DNA from: Basidiobolus ranarum | Lineage: Eukaryota | Reading direction: 5' to 3' | DNA length: 54,007 nt | Assembly (NCBI GenBank): GCA_040143965.1 | Contig: JASJQH010000013.1 | Location: forward strand, 1-54,007 | Part shown: positions 16,208-29,458 of the stretch, one piece after another | Numbering within the stretch: position 1 is the first letter of the stretch | Layout of the letters: each line of letters begins with the position of its first letter | The notes under the pieces: generated by a model | Databases searched by the model: none | Told to the model about the DNA's origin: nothing | The model's input: only the letters and a program-made list of their open reading frames with translations | Translations under genes and position numbers: made by a program

Positions 16208-17942
16208 TTAATTAAATTGACTTTCAGTAATAGTAAATCTCGGTTGAATATCAATGGGGATGTTTTCCAACTTCTTTAGAGCTAATTTGGTATATCCTCT
16301 ATTGATACCGTAGGTATTCAAGAATTTCTCTGCTTTATACTTTTCTCCATCCCCTTGAATTACCATGATTTCTTTGACTAGGTTTTCTACTGCTTTCTCG
16401 ATCTTTAGGAAGTCTACTCTGAACCTTTCAGACGCTGAATCATATACAAATCCACCCTGGTCAATTAAATAATTCAATTGAGCGGCCTGACCACGTCCGT
16501 GTGCTTCATTTAGCCCAAATCTGATGGACCTGAATGCACTTGCCAAGTAAGTGACATAGAAGCTTTCCATACTGACTTGTTTGAATGATCCTTTGTCGGA
16601 AAGTAGCTTGGCAGCAAAAAGACCAGTGATGTCTGCCTTAGCTTCTTCTAGAGTGGAATGATACTCTTGAAGTTTGCTTCGAATTGGCACGATAGGGCTT
16701 TGGACAGTTTCATGTGGTCCATTGGAGTGAGATACCTCATGGAGTAAGATATGATTAAAGAACGCTTCAAAGTTGACATATTTCATCTGCTCAGGGTCAA
16801 GTAAAAGCTCGGCGATTTTCACCAAGATATTTTCAAATTTACGCTCCTGTACATTTTTAATGATTACCAATTTCGATCCTCCACGCTTAATAGCCTGTTC
16901 ATCGTTTGGTAAGTTATAGGCAGCTGTCATGGGTACTGTGGCATCACCACCGTTGAAAAGTTCGTTGACAACCACAATCGGAGTGGAACGAAGTTGTTTG
17001 TTTTTATATTTTTCATCAATTGGAAGATGTGCTTCTACCTCCGGTAAAGATTCTTCGAATACCTTGAGTAAAGCAGAGGATTCAAAATCCCTAGCATGAA
17101 TAAATATTTCAAATGAAGCCTTATAAGAATTCATTTTGTCATCATAAGTTTCGTATGGACCGACAGTAACTGGATTAACAGTTTGTTAAGGGGGGAGATC
17201 AAGCAATATTAAGGAATTCTCTAGATAAATACTTACTTTCTAAGGGACTTTTGTCGCTTACATTAACCCAATCCAGTTCACTTTCCAAGTATTCATTGGT
17301 CAAGAAACTTCTTCCTCTATTACTTAAAAATCTACCCAAACTTGGATCCGATACAAGATTGGAAGCCTCTTGAAGCAGCTTGGAAGCAGGCTCAAGTAAA
17401 TCCTTATACTCTACTGAATATGGTACTACATAGAGGTTTCTTCTTTCGTCACGTTTAATAACATGATAAAATCCCTCAGCCTCCTGTCTTTTCTCTACAC
17501 TTAGCGTCCTCAACCAACTTTCAAACTCATCTTTAGACATGTCAGGGGGATAAAAGTTAGCGGTATCAGGACGAGCTTTAACTCCTTCAATAAATGGTTC
17601 CTCCTGGTCAACCAAATCCCAAGGGCCTCTAAATAACTTGAATAACTGTAAAAGCTCTGGCTGTTCCTTAGAACATTCAACTAATTTATCAAAAAGCTGA
17701 TCATTCCCAGGCGCCATCTGCCTGATATACACTCTATCTAATAGTTGAGCAGCCTCTACTAGTTTATTAACTGCTTTTAAATCACCTTTAGTAAATTGTT
17801 CCAGATTCCCAGTAAGCTCTACTCTCTTAAAACGAGATAAACGATTTTCCAAAGATAAAGAAGCATTTCTAGAAGGTATAGGACAACCGTTTTGAAGCTG
17901 GGCAGTAAGCAAAATGGAAGGTAAAAGGAAACTAGTTATCAT
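16208..17942 (-). CDS. Peptidase family M49 (dipeptidyl peptidase III-like, HEXXH pentapeptide type), 2 exons
   Basis: Intron 17236..17170 joins the two ORFs (PLEITVGPYETY); motifs ANFYPPDM, AAYNLPNDE, HEVSH, EEAKAD, RSIRFG..EAHG; hydrophobic N-terminus. Confidence 0.9.
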
Positions 17943-19437
17943 TTTGGGAGTTTGGTTGATAGTATGAAAATACTAGTACCATATATATTCTTAATGGAAT
18001 GCTACAATAAATCAGATGACCAATGTTGACTTGAATCAAGAAGAAAATCACAATATGAACTAATACATAACAATGGTATGCCTAATTGGATCACTCATTT
18101 CAGTGAATCAATTAGATTATTTTAGCTATGTTCCAATCCAATCTTCGAGTCCTAGTTGAATCCCGCATCCAGCATCCGACATCCAGCATCCTGTTATATA
18201 TACAATGCATCATCGTCATCGGCAAAGTGTAATGAGGTAATCACATAATTATTAGTGGTTAATAATGTTATCAATATTTAGGCTTAGAATTCATTTGATA
18301 GGCTTGAAATAACATTGGCTATTTATTTGCTTCCGCAGATTTTTAAATAGTGTTATCACTAAGTTAAAATTATCGGAAAGTAGGAACTCGAACTTGAGAC
18401 ACCGTGGTAATTGGTCGATATTGGAATTACAAGTTCGAAAATGGTAAATCAAGACTGAAAGAGAAATATGTGTATCTCAATCTCGATAAAATTCCCGAGC
18501 TCACCATTGGGTCAAAGCCCAAAGATAGGCTTAATTGTATGGGAATCACCGAAATGACCGAAATCACCCTCACCATCAGCTATGAGAAGTGGATAAATTG
18601 GCAGGAATTTCTTCGACAAAAGAAAGCTTAATTCGTACACATTTTCGGACACCCGCTCAGTTGGAGAAAAGGAAATTAAAACTGGATTTCTTGTCCAACT
18701 CTTGGGGAGGAAATGATTGGATAGCCACAGGCTAAGAGATGGAGTTTTGTATAACGGGGCACTTTTGTACACACTACTGAATGTTATTGGGCCATGGTTG
18801 CTGATCAAGTAACGTTTGGAACTGAATAGGTTAGGTTAGGCCAGTGGGCAGCGAGTAGAATTCCATTTTGCGGATGTTTTGCTAATCTTGCTCGCTCAAA
18901 CTGCCCTTGCGCTCAGGCACGACTGGGTGTGCATGCAATGGCTTCCAGAATAAACCACTTTAAAAGCGCTTTCTTGATTAATGTTCAGAGCATCTGTGAT
19001 TGTGTGATTGAACATCTGTGATGGAGCTGTCTATATTTAGGAATTTTCATTAAGGTGAGGGGTGAAGGGCGAAGGGTGAAGGCGAAGAGCGAGGGAGCGA
19101 GGATGAAAGGGTGCTTAGGGTGGGTGTGAAGGGCAGAATCCATGCTTAACATAAGAAATTGGTTGTGGTTGGTTCCGAGTGACAATTCAATGATCGAATG
19201 CGAAATTTTGTAACGGGGGAGAGGGGGTTCATGAAATTTACTTAAAAGCGGGACATCGCAACAATTTTTTCAGAGTCCCCTTTTACAATCTTCAGGCCCG
19301 GTTTACTGGGTTGAGATTTGTTCAAACGCCAATTTAATTGACGCACATTCCCAAGTTTACTTTGTCTTTTCAACAATTACTTTTATTAAAATTTATATTT
19401 ACATATCACTTAATATTGTCCCAAACCTTTCTCGCGG

Positions 19438-20491
19438 ATGATGACTACGATTGGAAGATCTTGGGAGACTGCTGAAACTAAGTTACTCATTGAACTTCGA
19501 AGAGATATGGAAGGGGAGTTCGCGAGTATGAAACGAAACGCTCCATTGTGGAAAAAGATTTCGGATCAAATGAGAACGAGTGGTTTTCACAGAACAGATA
19601 AACAGTGTAAAGAGAAGTGGAAAAATCTACTTTCCGAATTTAAAGTACGTGTTCTTACACCACCCGAAAATTCTCCTTTCTCAACAGTTACTCTTCAATT
19701 GAGTGAAAATGAAAACCCCTCCACTTCCATTTTATTTATTTAATAACGGTTGTTTATTTCTCTAGAGAGCCGAAACTCAAAGAGATATTGAGCTCCGTAA
19801 TTTTCCTTTCTATGATATATTAAAAGATGTTGTTTCCAAACAAGGTCCACTTCGTGATTCCCCCGTACATTCAAGAGAAGAATCCATCAACGCGTCATAC
19901 CCCCCTTCACCCACTCCCGCCACTAAGGTCCTGCATGACCACGGCCCCGTAATGACATCTTCCCAACATGTCAATCTACCTCCACCCGTTGGCTATTCGC
20001 CTAGCATGTCTATTTATTCACCACCCCTCGCACACTCTACTAGTCATAAAGCTCACTCTCCACAACACTCAGACACCCATATGCCCACTCCACTCTATAA
20101 ACCGATACCACGAGAACCGATAAAACCCGATTTTAATCCCACAGCTAGTACTAAGCGTAGGAGAGAATCGGAGGATGACGAAACACCCCCTAATGTTCTA
20201 CTTACGGAAATTGTAGATTTACTTCGAAGGGAAGTCCAGGAACGTAGAAGATGGGAGGAGAAGTTGGAGCAAAGTCGATTTGAGAATGAGCGTCGTAGAG
20301 AGCGTCAGGAAAGACGTAGGGAACGTAGAGAGCAGGAAAGAGTGGAGAGACAACGTGCTCAGACACTCTTGTTAGTAGCCATTGCATCTAGAATCATGCC
20401 AAATGTAGCAGATTTGATTCCAACCATCAACTTTCATGATGTGACCAGTTCAGATTCTGAACGAAGCGGTACTGCTTCAGGATCCAATTAA
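19438..20491 (+). CDS. Myb/SANT-like trihelix (GT-1/MSANTD-type) transcription factor with C-terminal coiled coil
   Basis: W..AETKLLI...LWKKIS..M...GFHRT.KQCKEKWKNL; intron 19645..19765 continues in frame with FPFYDIL; R/E-rich coiled coil. Confidence 0.88.
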
Positions 20492-22109
20492 AATGACTTT
20501 GCTAGAATTCCATTCGATAATCCAACTTCTTGTTATTATTTCGGTTTACATAGTTCAAGCATAGAGGTCGGTCAAGTTACTTGACATTTTGTAAGAATTT
20601 CATTTGCCCAGAGGCTTCGTACCTTTCACTTAGCATCACTAGAAAGCTCTGATTTTCAAGTTGTGTTGATTCCTTCTCATTGTTACTCCTTAATGATTAT
20701 TATATAGTTGTGCTTGTTTACCATTTTATTTTCTTCCCAGTTTACAATCATAAAGCATATGGGTTTCTCGTAGAATTATTCTTTGTTCCCCTCCCGACTT
20801 TCTTTGAAGTTCTGTACAATACTGTGGTCTTTCTCGATGTAACGCCTTGTAACTCTCATTCCCTTCCGAACAAAAATCAACAAAAAACTCTTCATTCCCA
20901 GCCCACATATTCTTCCTAATCTACTATCAAAGGAGCATCTTTCGAAAATAACTCACGAGAGCAAACTACGAAAATATAGATTGAGATGGATGCACGGTGG
21001 GCGTGAACTAATAGATGCCCCGTCATGCATTCACAGCCGATGGCAATGTAAAGTTACACATAGCGCTCAATTCTGCGACGAGGCTCAATATGCCTTGTTA
21101 AAGGCTAAGATGGATCTGCTATAGATGGACAACTTCCCAACCTCTTTTAAGAAGGAATATGGTTATTCTGGAGTGATTTGATAATGGTCCGGTGATTATT
21201 ACCATATAGTAACCAGATCAACTATTTAAGTGATTTACGGACTGTTGAATATGACGCCAATAGTGTAGTAGCACATTAACTAATTTCTTCTATTCTTCTT
21301 ATTTGGTTATAACAAGATTCCCGAAGTAATAGCACCAACTGACGATTAGCTGCATTACACACCGAAACTATCTTGAAACAAGATGGAGATAATCTAATAC
21401 TACCTCGACTGGTTCAATACCGAAATAAATCTCTCCAAAGCCCATGGAATTTTTGGGAAAATCTTCGAAATAGTGCTGTAACAGGAACCGAAACTAGGTG
21501 ATGTAAGATATCCCGTTTTGAATGGGGGATGAATATCTAGATTCCGTTCTTCGATCAGGATATATTAGGAATACCCACTAACACTCTAATTCTAATTGGA
21601 GTCGAGTGCACAACCAGTCCAAACCACTATTTTGGGAGAATTGGGGACTAAATCTCCCTAGCATCACATGTCATATGAGGGTATCTCTGAATCAGGATAC
21701 ATTGAGTAATCCGCTATGATAATCGCGATTAATTGATTGAAATAGGATAGTGTATCCTGTTAGGTAAGAAAGATCCTGTTCCTTATCCTGTTCGTGGTAA
21801 GAAAGATTTGTCAACCTGACTCACTTCAATCGGCATCACTGAGTACGTAACTCTTGCTTAATTCGTACGCAGTTGAACTTTGGTTAAAGTGACTGAGTAA
21901 ATATCAATGTGAATCCATGATAATTCTCCTAAAAGTCAGTCTCGAATCCAATATCCTAACCAACCGACCGATCCTGATCAACATGGGAAACCCGATAGAG
22001 GCGTGGGAAAGCTCGGTTAATAGTATTGGATGAAAAGGTTGACGAGGTGATGTAGTAGTAACAATTACTTGGCTACTCTACTTTTATCTTGGAATACTCA
22101 CCACTAAGA

Positions 22110-23306
22110 ATGTTTAGAACCGTTTTACCTCGTATATTGCCCCTAGTGAGCAACACTTTACGTTTCCAAAACCGTGAATTCTCTGGTTGTCTATTGTAAG
22201 TTGAAGAATATTTTTTAACTGTGAGTTTCTTTTAAGTTAATACAGTTCGGGTGGAAAACTTTAGTGCAGCTGCAAATAAAATCAAGATTTACACTAAAAC
22301 CGGAGATAAAGGTAGGAGAGTTCTTTCAAGAAACCAAGTTGAAAAGCGTATTTTATTTAACTGGTTATTTTTCATACACAGGAACCTCCTCTCTATTCAC
22401 TGGTGAAAGACGTCCCAAAGATGACGCCATCTTCGAAGCCTTAGGAACGACCGATGAATTAACTTCATACATAGGGTGACTATTAAACATTTACTTTCTC
22501 TTGAATAAGTTTTGATTTGGATTAAGATATTTACTTATATAATTATTATTATATACAAGTCTTGCTCGGGAGTTCTGTGACGAACAACAAAACGGTCTTA
22601 GCGAGAAGTTAAAATTGGTATGAGAAAGAAGATTCGATGATTGAATAAGGACTTGATATTCTGATTATATTTGTAGGTACAATATAACATACAAGATATT
22701 GGTGGTAACATAGCCACTCCAAGAACTTCCGATATGGCTAATCAAGCGCGACTTAGTAAGTGTACATGAGCCATATCTTCAATTATACAAAGATTAAATG
22801 TTGTGTATTTTCATAGATCGCACGGAATTTGATGCTGATGGTAAATTGGTGGAGGAATTAGAAAAGTGGATCGATGAATTGGATGATAAACTTCCTCCTT
22901 TACAACTTTTCATCTTACCAGTGAGTTCGTTGATTCTAATAGTTACATTCCCCTTCTCTAACCAGTTCAATATAATTAGTCTGGTGGACGTGCCTCCTCT
23001 TCATTACATGTTGCAAGGAGTATCTGCAGACGTGCCGAAAGACGTGTTGTACCATTGGTAGCCAGTGATTCCGCTGATCGTAGCACACAGAAATATTTAA
23101 ATCGGTAAGTTTAATAGGAATCGAATAGTAATGGATTTTCCAGTAAGAATGTTCATTAACAAAATATATTCAGTTTGAGTGATTTCTTGTTCAACGCCGC
23201 TCGTTTTGCCGCTTTCAAAGAAGGTAAAGAAGAAACAGTTTACAATTATCGTATTCGTAAAGCACAAGAAGAAAGAAGATCCAAAGAAACCCCCACTGAA
23301 TCTTGA
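22110..23306 (+). CDS. MMAB: ATP:cob(I)alamin adenosyltransferase (PduO/MMAB type), multi-exon, probable mitochondrial presequence
   Basis: [72 protein letters not shown]; Arg/Leu-rich N-terminus [12 protein letters not shown]. Confidence 0.93.
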
Positions 23307-23589
23307 ATTTCTTTGTTTTCTCTCTATGTCATAAATATTCCCCAATTCTTACTGCTTATTTTCAACGTTCATCACTGCAAACATAAACGAGAAAATTCAA
23401 TTGAATCGAATATTGGTTTATTATTCTGGAGTCTTTTGTGGTTTATTGATAATATTAGAGGAGGGTGTTTGGGTGAACGTGGGATAAAGTTAAAGCATGT
23501 GAAATCCAGAGAAAATAATGAAGTGAACCCAATCGTAAACTGGAGAAGAGAGCAATGCTGTAATCCGTTAGTGGTATATATCAAGTAGA

Positions 23590-26554
23590 TTAAACTAACT
23601 CGGCAACATCCGGCTGATCATTAGTCTCTAATTTAGAAGCTGTATCATTACTGCTATCGGGGTTTTCAGCCTCTACGGCATCACTCTTCTCGTTAGAAAC
23701 CTCATGCTCATCGTCGTCATCATCAAGAGAGGGGAGTGGCTCCAGGTCATCGTCGTCAACGTGAGTCTGGAAGGCCTTGATGGTGTTATCTTGATCAGCT
23801 AGGCATACCAACAAGTCGTCTCTTTCTTGTTCAAGAACTTTATACTTTGAGTTCTGTTCGTCCAGAGCATGTCCTAAGGTTTCAACGTTGGTGTTCAGAG
23901 TACCAATTTGCTCTTCATATGCAATCCTTTGCTGCTCTAATGTGGCCTCCAGTTCCTGTATTTTCAATTTCAAACTTTCGATAGCTTCAGTTTGATCGCC
24001 AATGGTTTTCTTGTAAAATTCAGCTTCATCATTAGAGATTGTTGGGCTGGAGTTTTTGTTTTTGGATGACTTCGCTTTGGGATCAACGGTGATGGATTTC
24101 TGAATCAACTCGTAATTGCCTTTGAAAAACTCCACAAATGAATGATCGAACAGGAGGTCTGAGACAACCTGTCCGTTGGCATCCATTTCTATCTCGAATC
24201 CTGAGGAGTTTTGGAGTGACTTGGATTCGCGGAGACGGTTAATATGATTTACGAATAGATCCACACCAACTCTCTTCAGGATAATCGGTTGAAGTACTTC
24301 TCTGGGAAAGGAGGATTCTGGATCGTCATCAAACTCGTAGAGTATTCCAAGAAGGAATGCTGAGAGTCCTTGGATTGAAACATCCACTCCATGTGACTGA
24401 CTGATTTGCTCCATTAGATACTGTAGGTTCGCTCCTTCCGACAAAAACTGACTCACGGTCTCAGGACTTTCGTAGGCCCATACGCTAAGTAAAGTCAGAT
24501 ATCCAGTAATCACGCGAATAGCATGGCCCTCACGTGACGCCATGGTTAGTGAGTAAGCAATCATATTTACCAAAGGAATGATCTCTTCTCCCTGGTCGAC
24601 GTCACCAAATGTGATCTTGGAGGCAGTTGATTTGCATTGAGAGTTGCCTTTCAAGATGTGGGACAATATAATGGATCCAAACCATACTTGGTACGGGTCT
24701 TCCTTTGCTTCTTCCCACTCTAGGAGCGACGAGAGCAATAAGGATCCTGGGGATTGAGGTTTTTCGGTGGTTTCGGAATTAGGGTTATTGTCTGGGGGTG
24801 GCACTAATGTAGATCCAAGAGCAATCTGCCCTTCAATATTATCGAACAAATAACACAAGATGACATAAGTTGCTCCGTGACGCACAGCCAAATCGTCAAC
24901 TTTTGTCTTTCCAATTACATAACTGATCATGGTCAATAAAGCAGACTGGGGAGTAGGTGGTAAGGGAGGCGACATGGGTGCTTCGGCTGTGGAATTACCA
25001 TCGGCTGTACTGACGCTAGTAGGGGCTACTACTGAGGTTGTATTTGCCACTTTTTCTTGATTCGCCGAATTTCCCCTAATAATATCACCAAGAGCGTAAA
25101 AGGCCTAGATCACATAACAGATAAACCGTAAGAAATATATAAAGGACTGTAATCTATCTAGTAATGAACGTTACATGGCTCTTGACGGAGAGAGGGGTTT
25201 CCGACTTGAGCGTAATTCCGATGATTGTTTCTAGCAGACCGGATTGTGCGATAACTCCCTGAAATTCATGAATATCGCATTAGAGAGTAGTCAGTATAAC
25301 AAAGAGTTTTCTTAAGCATACCTGATTAGTGGATGTATTCATGTTATTGGGGACGACTAAAGTTCTGGTCAATCCAAGTAAAGATACGGCATTGGCATTT
25401 TTCTGCTCCGACCAGCTATTCTCCACAGGAGCATAATGAGCTAATGCTCCGTGCTTCTCGGGACTTAACAATGGGGCGATTCTTTGAATGCAACTGGTCT
25501 CACGAAAGTACGTCTAATAATGTGGAAATTAGCATTCTAGAAATGGAAAAGTGATGTGTAGAGCTGTCTGTGCTTACCTGATTAGAAACGTTGTACTTTA
25601 GGAGATTTTGAATTAGATGAATACAATCTTGAACGACGATACCGCCATCCACTCCACCTTCGTGAGAGATGATTTCCAATAAACGTTCGAAAGCATTTTC
25701 GAATGCAATGATTTTTTGAATATCAGTGTTAGACTGAGTCAAGAATGTCAACAAAAGTAGTCCCTCTAAATAATGACCATAATATTAATATGAAACGAAA
25801 TTGCTGAAGAATTGTGAGATTATTTTACCATTACGAATGATTTCTCGACGATCATCTAACAGGTCCACCAAACGAGAAATTCCCATAGGGGCTGCCAAGA
25901 TAAACTCTTGAAGCCTATCGCTTTCATTACTCAATAGAGTGTTGAGTAACTGTATGGTATTGAAGCGCACATAGAAATCGAATTCTTCTAAGCATTCCAG
26001 CAGAGCTGTGACAGTCTCGGGCTCCTAAAAAGTACATAAGTAAGTGGGTCAAGTACTCCGTGAATTTCTCCGGAGTAATTTACCTTGAGAAAATCTTCCG
26101 TAAACTTGAAACCAAGGTCACCAAAATCCTCCTAAGTATAACAAGAGTTCAATAGAATATCCCAACGACAATAGTTGGATAGTAAAGGTGAACCTTATTT
26201 TGAATTGTACAAAGGATGTTCAAGGTCTCAAGGGTTGCTTTTATGATATCTACATCTCCCCTATCGTTACTTAAAACTTTAATGAGACCTGGAATCCCGT
26301 TATTACCAACTTCCTGAAAAGAAGGTCAACATTGATTAAACAACTTGATACAACGAGAAATATATAGATAGATGGTAAAATACTTCTCTGTATTCACGAC
26401 AAAGTCCTTTTAGACCCATTACTGCAGCTCGGCGATCTTCAATTAGGGTGGAGGTCTGAACACGATCTGACAGCTTCATGATGGTGTCTGAAGCTGTTTG
26501 TGGTTGTCCAGCTTGCCCTGTTAAGACATTAAACGCATCTGACCAAAAACTCAT
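23590..26554 (-). CDS. USO1: General vesicular transport factor p115/Uso1
   Basis: TLIEDRRAAVMGLKGL, APMGISRLVDLLDDRREIIRN, IQKIIAFENAFERL, GGIVVQDC..L.NLLKYNVSNQ; C-terminal coiled coil with DLLVCLAD and an acidic tail; multiple introns. Confidence 0.95.
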
Positions 26555-26956
26555 GTTGAACCTTCACCAATGGTCGTTAATTAGATATATCAGAGGCTGT
26601 GAAAGATGTCGATTCGGAGGCAAAGTGTATTTCCAATTACTAAAAACCGCCTATATGTAGTAGAATACACACAACTCGAGTAAAGTAATGGAATCTCAAC
26701 CCCTCTTCGTGAAACGTCAATCTAATTAAATGCTCAGCTGTGATCCTCGTAATTATAAAATATTCCATCAAATCAAGTAAAATATCCAATAGCACTTTAG
26801 ACCGTACACTGTTGGTTTTACTTCATTACTAAATTAATCGAAGAGTTAACCCATTTTCCATAGGTCAAGTTCCTAAAAAGAGTGAAACCTTGGTTAACTA
26901 TGCCCTTCCAAATAGTTTATAATGGCTTGAAAGCATGTCCTTTGAGCACAACACAA

Positions 26957-27274
26957 ATGATTAAGTGGACTAAGATATTCGTGTGGACTGGAGCTATCGG
27001 AACTGGAGCTTACACTCTGGTGAACGCAGTGAGGGAAACCCCAGAGCACTTTTGTAATGTAGGCTCTTTTCTTTCCTTTCTGTTTGCTCTTTGCCCACTC
27101 ACATAATACTCATACATTTTTGTCAAATAGCGACTTCAATTGAAGACGCCAGAGAAGCTAAACGACAGTCGAGCTGAACGTAGGAAAGGGCGCGAGGTAT
27201 TGATGCGCGTTATCCATGATGACGATGAAATAAAGAAACCCATTTGGAGGGTCAGAGTGGCTAACCCTAAGTAG
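26957..27274 (+). CDS. CBP4: Complex III assembly factor Cbp4-like, 2 exons
   Basis: MIKWTKIFVWTGAIGTGAYTL (single TM)...TPE; intron 27059..27130; exon 2 ...LMRVIHDDDEIKKPIW, matching the Cbp4 C-terminal 'PIW' pattern. Confidence 0.65.
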
Positions 27275-27370
27275 TTCACCAGGAAAAATGAAACTAAGCC
27301 ACTCTTGTATATGAGAAAAATCTTTCTTTTCTCTGACACATTAACTACGAAAAGAATACGGTTAGGGTAC

Positions 27371-27412
27371 CCATCAGTAACAATCCATCAGTAACAACCC
27401 ATCAGTAACAAT
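27371..27412 (+). repeat. Tandem repeat (CCATCAGTAACAAY)x3
   Basis: Three 14-bp copies read directly. Confidence 0.9.
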
Positions 27413-27685
27413 CCCGTCGCCCTTTTTCGAGTACTAGCTAAAGAGAATATGTCAGAATTTGCTTTTGTTGTCAAATGTATCCATCATATTAGATACAAAG
27501 TCAAGGAATATTTGGATGTTCTTCAAAATAAAGAATTCTTATTAAGCTTTAGGGAGGGGTTTTTGATTTTCGAAATGTTCCAGTAATTAAGATCGAACAA
27601 TATCTTGAAAAAGGTTTACGAATCCTCGAGAAATACAAGAGTAGTGAATAAACATATTATAGAGAGACTGCGTGAGATAGCGTGG

Positions 27686-28465
27686 CTACTGATTGGTGTT
27701 AGATTTTGACCCCTCTAATCGAGTAAGGAAGTCATCACCCGAGGCCATTATACAAGCTGTTAGGTAGGTTAGTACTAAGCATTTTCAACGTGACCCGAGA
27801 CTAATGGAATGTACCTTTCTGTCCCCAAGCAGAGGTGAAGGGTCCTCGACTAGACCACGCCTTTTCGGCGTTCTTGTGAAGAATTGGCTTCTCTAATAAA
27901 ACCAAGTGATATAACAACAGTTAAAAAAGTCCATTTGGAAGATCACATGTAAGAAAGTACTGTACCATGTTCACTTAAGGATGAATTATGTAACTGATCA
28001 AAAACAGTAGACCAGCCTATATGAGAAAGGTTAGGCAACGAAATTAGAGGTGTTGACTTCCCAAATTACCTCTATTCAAATATGCCGACACTTCTTGAGC
28101 ATTAAACTCGTTAAGAGGAATGTGTTCAGAAATTTGTCTTGGATGAGGGAAGGCATTGGGTCCTGGAGCTGGAGCTGAGGGGGAATTATAAGAATTGGAA
28201 ATTCCACGACCTATAATAAGAATTCGATTGTGATTTAAAAAAGTAAGAATAACCTCGGTATTTAAGTTGGATAGTAAAGAAATCATATATACCAAAAGAA
28301 TTCTTGCGTTTTGGATCACGTCTCTCATGAGCTTTTTTATAACTATATCATGTTGAAATTCGAAGTACGAAAGTGAGTGATCTAATTTAATTCACACTAA
28401 GTCAATCTATCGTCGTTAACTATTCAATCTTACCTCCTTTCTTCTTCTCTTGCAGGTCCGGCCAT
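27686..28465 (-). CDS. Small multi-exon hypothetical protein
   Basis: Exons with canonical splice sites give ...GRGISNSYNSP...EHIPLNEFNAQEVSAYLNRGWSTVFDQL...KPILHK...SAWGQKACIMASGDDFLTRL...NQ*. The first two exon junctions are uncertain. Confidence 0.65.
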
Positions 28466-29185
28466 TTTAGAAATTGGATATTTTCAAATATTTAGTGGAA
28501 TTAAAAGTGGAGCCACAAATAAGACAAGGCTGTAGGAAGTTTAAAGTAAATACAGAGAAGTAACGCTTCGTCACTTGCCAAATTGCATAAGCAGTTACCA
28601 AAGAAAAATTTGGATTGGTTCCGAAGATTATGTTCCCGAATGCAGCATTCAGTTATTGATGAATCAACATTGGAATTTTTAGATAAAATCGACTTTGATT
28701 GTTACTTGCGTTCAAGGCCAACCCAACGCTTCACCAATAAAGATTCTGGCTGATCCATCTAACCAGGAACATACTTTATACATTAGTGTAATGAATCAGT
28801 TATATATCAGCCATCAGTCTACGTATAATTCTCAAGCAGTTCTGCCGGATATGCCTGGTATATACTTGAAAATCTCTGTAAATATAGTCTTCGATATGTC
28901 TCAATCTTTGCTGACAAGTTCGGCGTTAAATCGAACATGATATCATATGCCTAGGCCTTCTTTTGATTCTAGCAAGCGTAACCTCAGATACGCTTTGGAT
29001 TAGTACTCCACCTTTCCCTTTAAACGTTTTGGTGAAACCTCTACTTAGAGTCACGTCAATAATCATTCTCTTAGATGTTACCTCAAATATCGATCTTGCT
29101 CTGGACCGTTGGTTCGTGTTAGTTGAGCTACATATAAATAGGTTTGCTCTCGACATGAGCAGAATATCTAAGCAGTATTTTACTT

Positions 29186-29458
29186 ATGTTCAACTTCAAC
29201 AAACTCATCACCCGTGGCCTCAGCCTCAAATCAAGGAGTCGTTCCCATGATCGTTGTAGCTATTGCCAAAAGCCTCATTCACTTATTCAATGCGAGATTG
29301 CCATAAGTGACCTTGAAAATATTCTCTGGGGAATCCCATTAACCCGCTACGAAGATCAATCACTTAGCCTGACCAGCGAAAAGGAGTTCGATATGGAGGT
29401 AGCGAAGTTCTCAGGAGTGGCGAAGAAACATTCAACCCAGTGGGTTCATGATTCGTAG
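29186..29458 (+). CDS. Small CCHC (C-x2-C-x3-H-x4-C) protein, paralog A (90 aa)
   Basis: Intronless ORF; TATAAATA at ~29133; clear paralogy with 30135..30410. Confidence 0.75.
   Translation: MFNFNKLITRGLSLKSRSRSHDRCSYCQKPHSLIQCEIAISDLENILWGIPLTRYEDQSLSLTSEKEFDMEVAKFSGVAKKHSTQWVHDS

Noticed and set aside
18404-19185. Short ORFs upstream of the trihelix gene
   Set aside because: Non-ATG starts, no motifs or convincing splice structure; looks like promoter/intergenic DNA.
20900-22050. Possible ncRNA or tRNA in the long intergenic region; short repeats ACCGAAACTA x2 and ATCCTGTT x3
   Set aside because: No cloverleaf, A/B boxes or snRNA signature visible; the repeats are too short to support a call.
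28552-28562. ACAGAGAAG resembling the U6 snRNA box
   Set aside because: Flanking sequence does not match U6.
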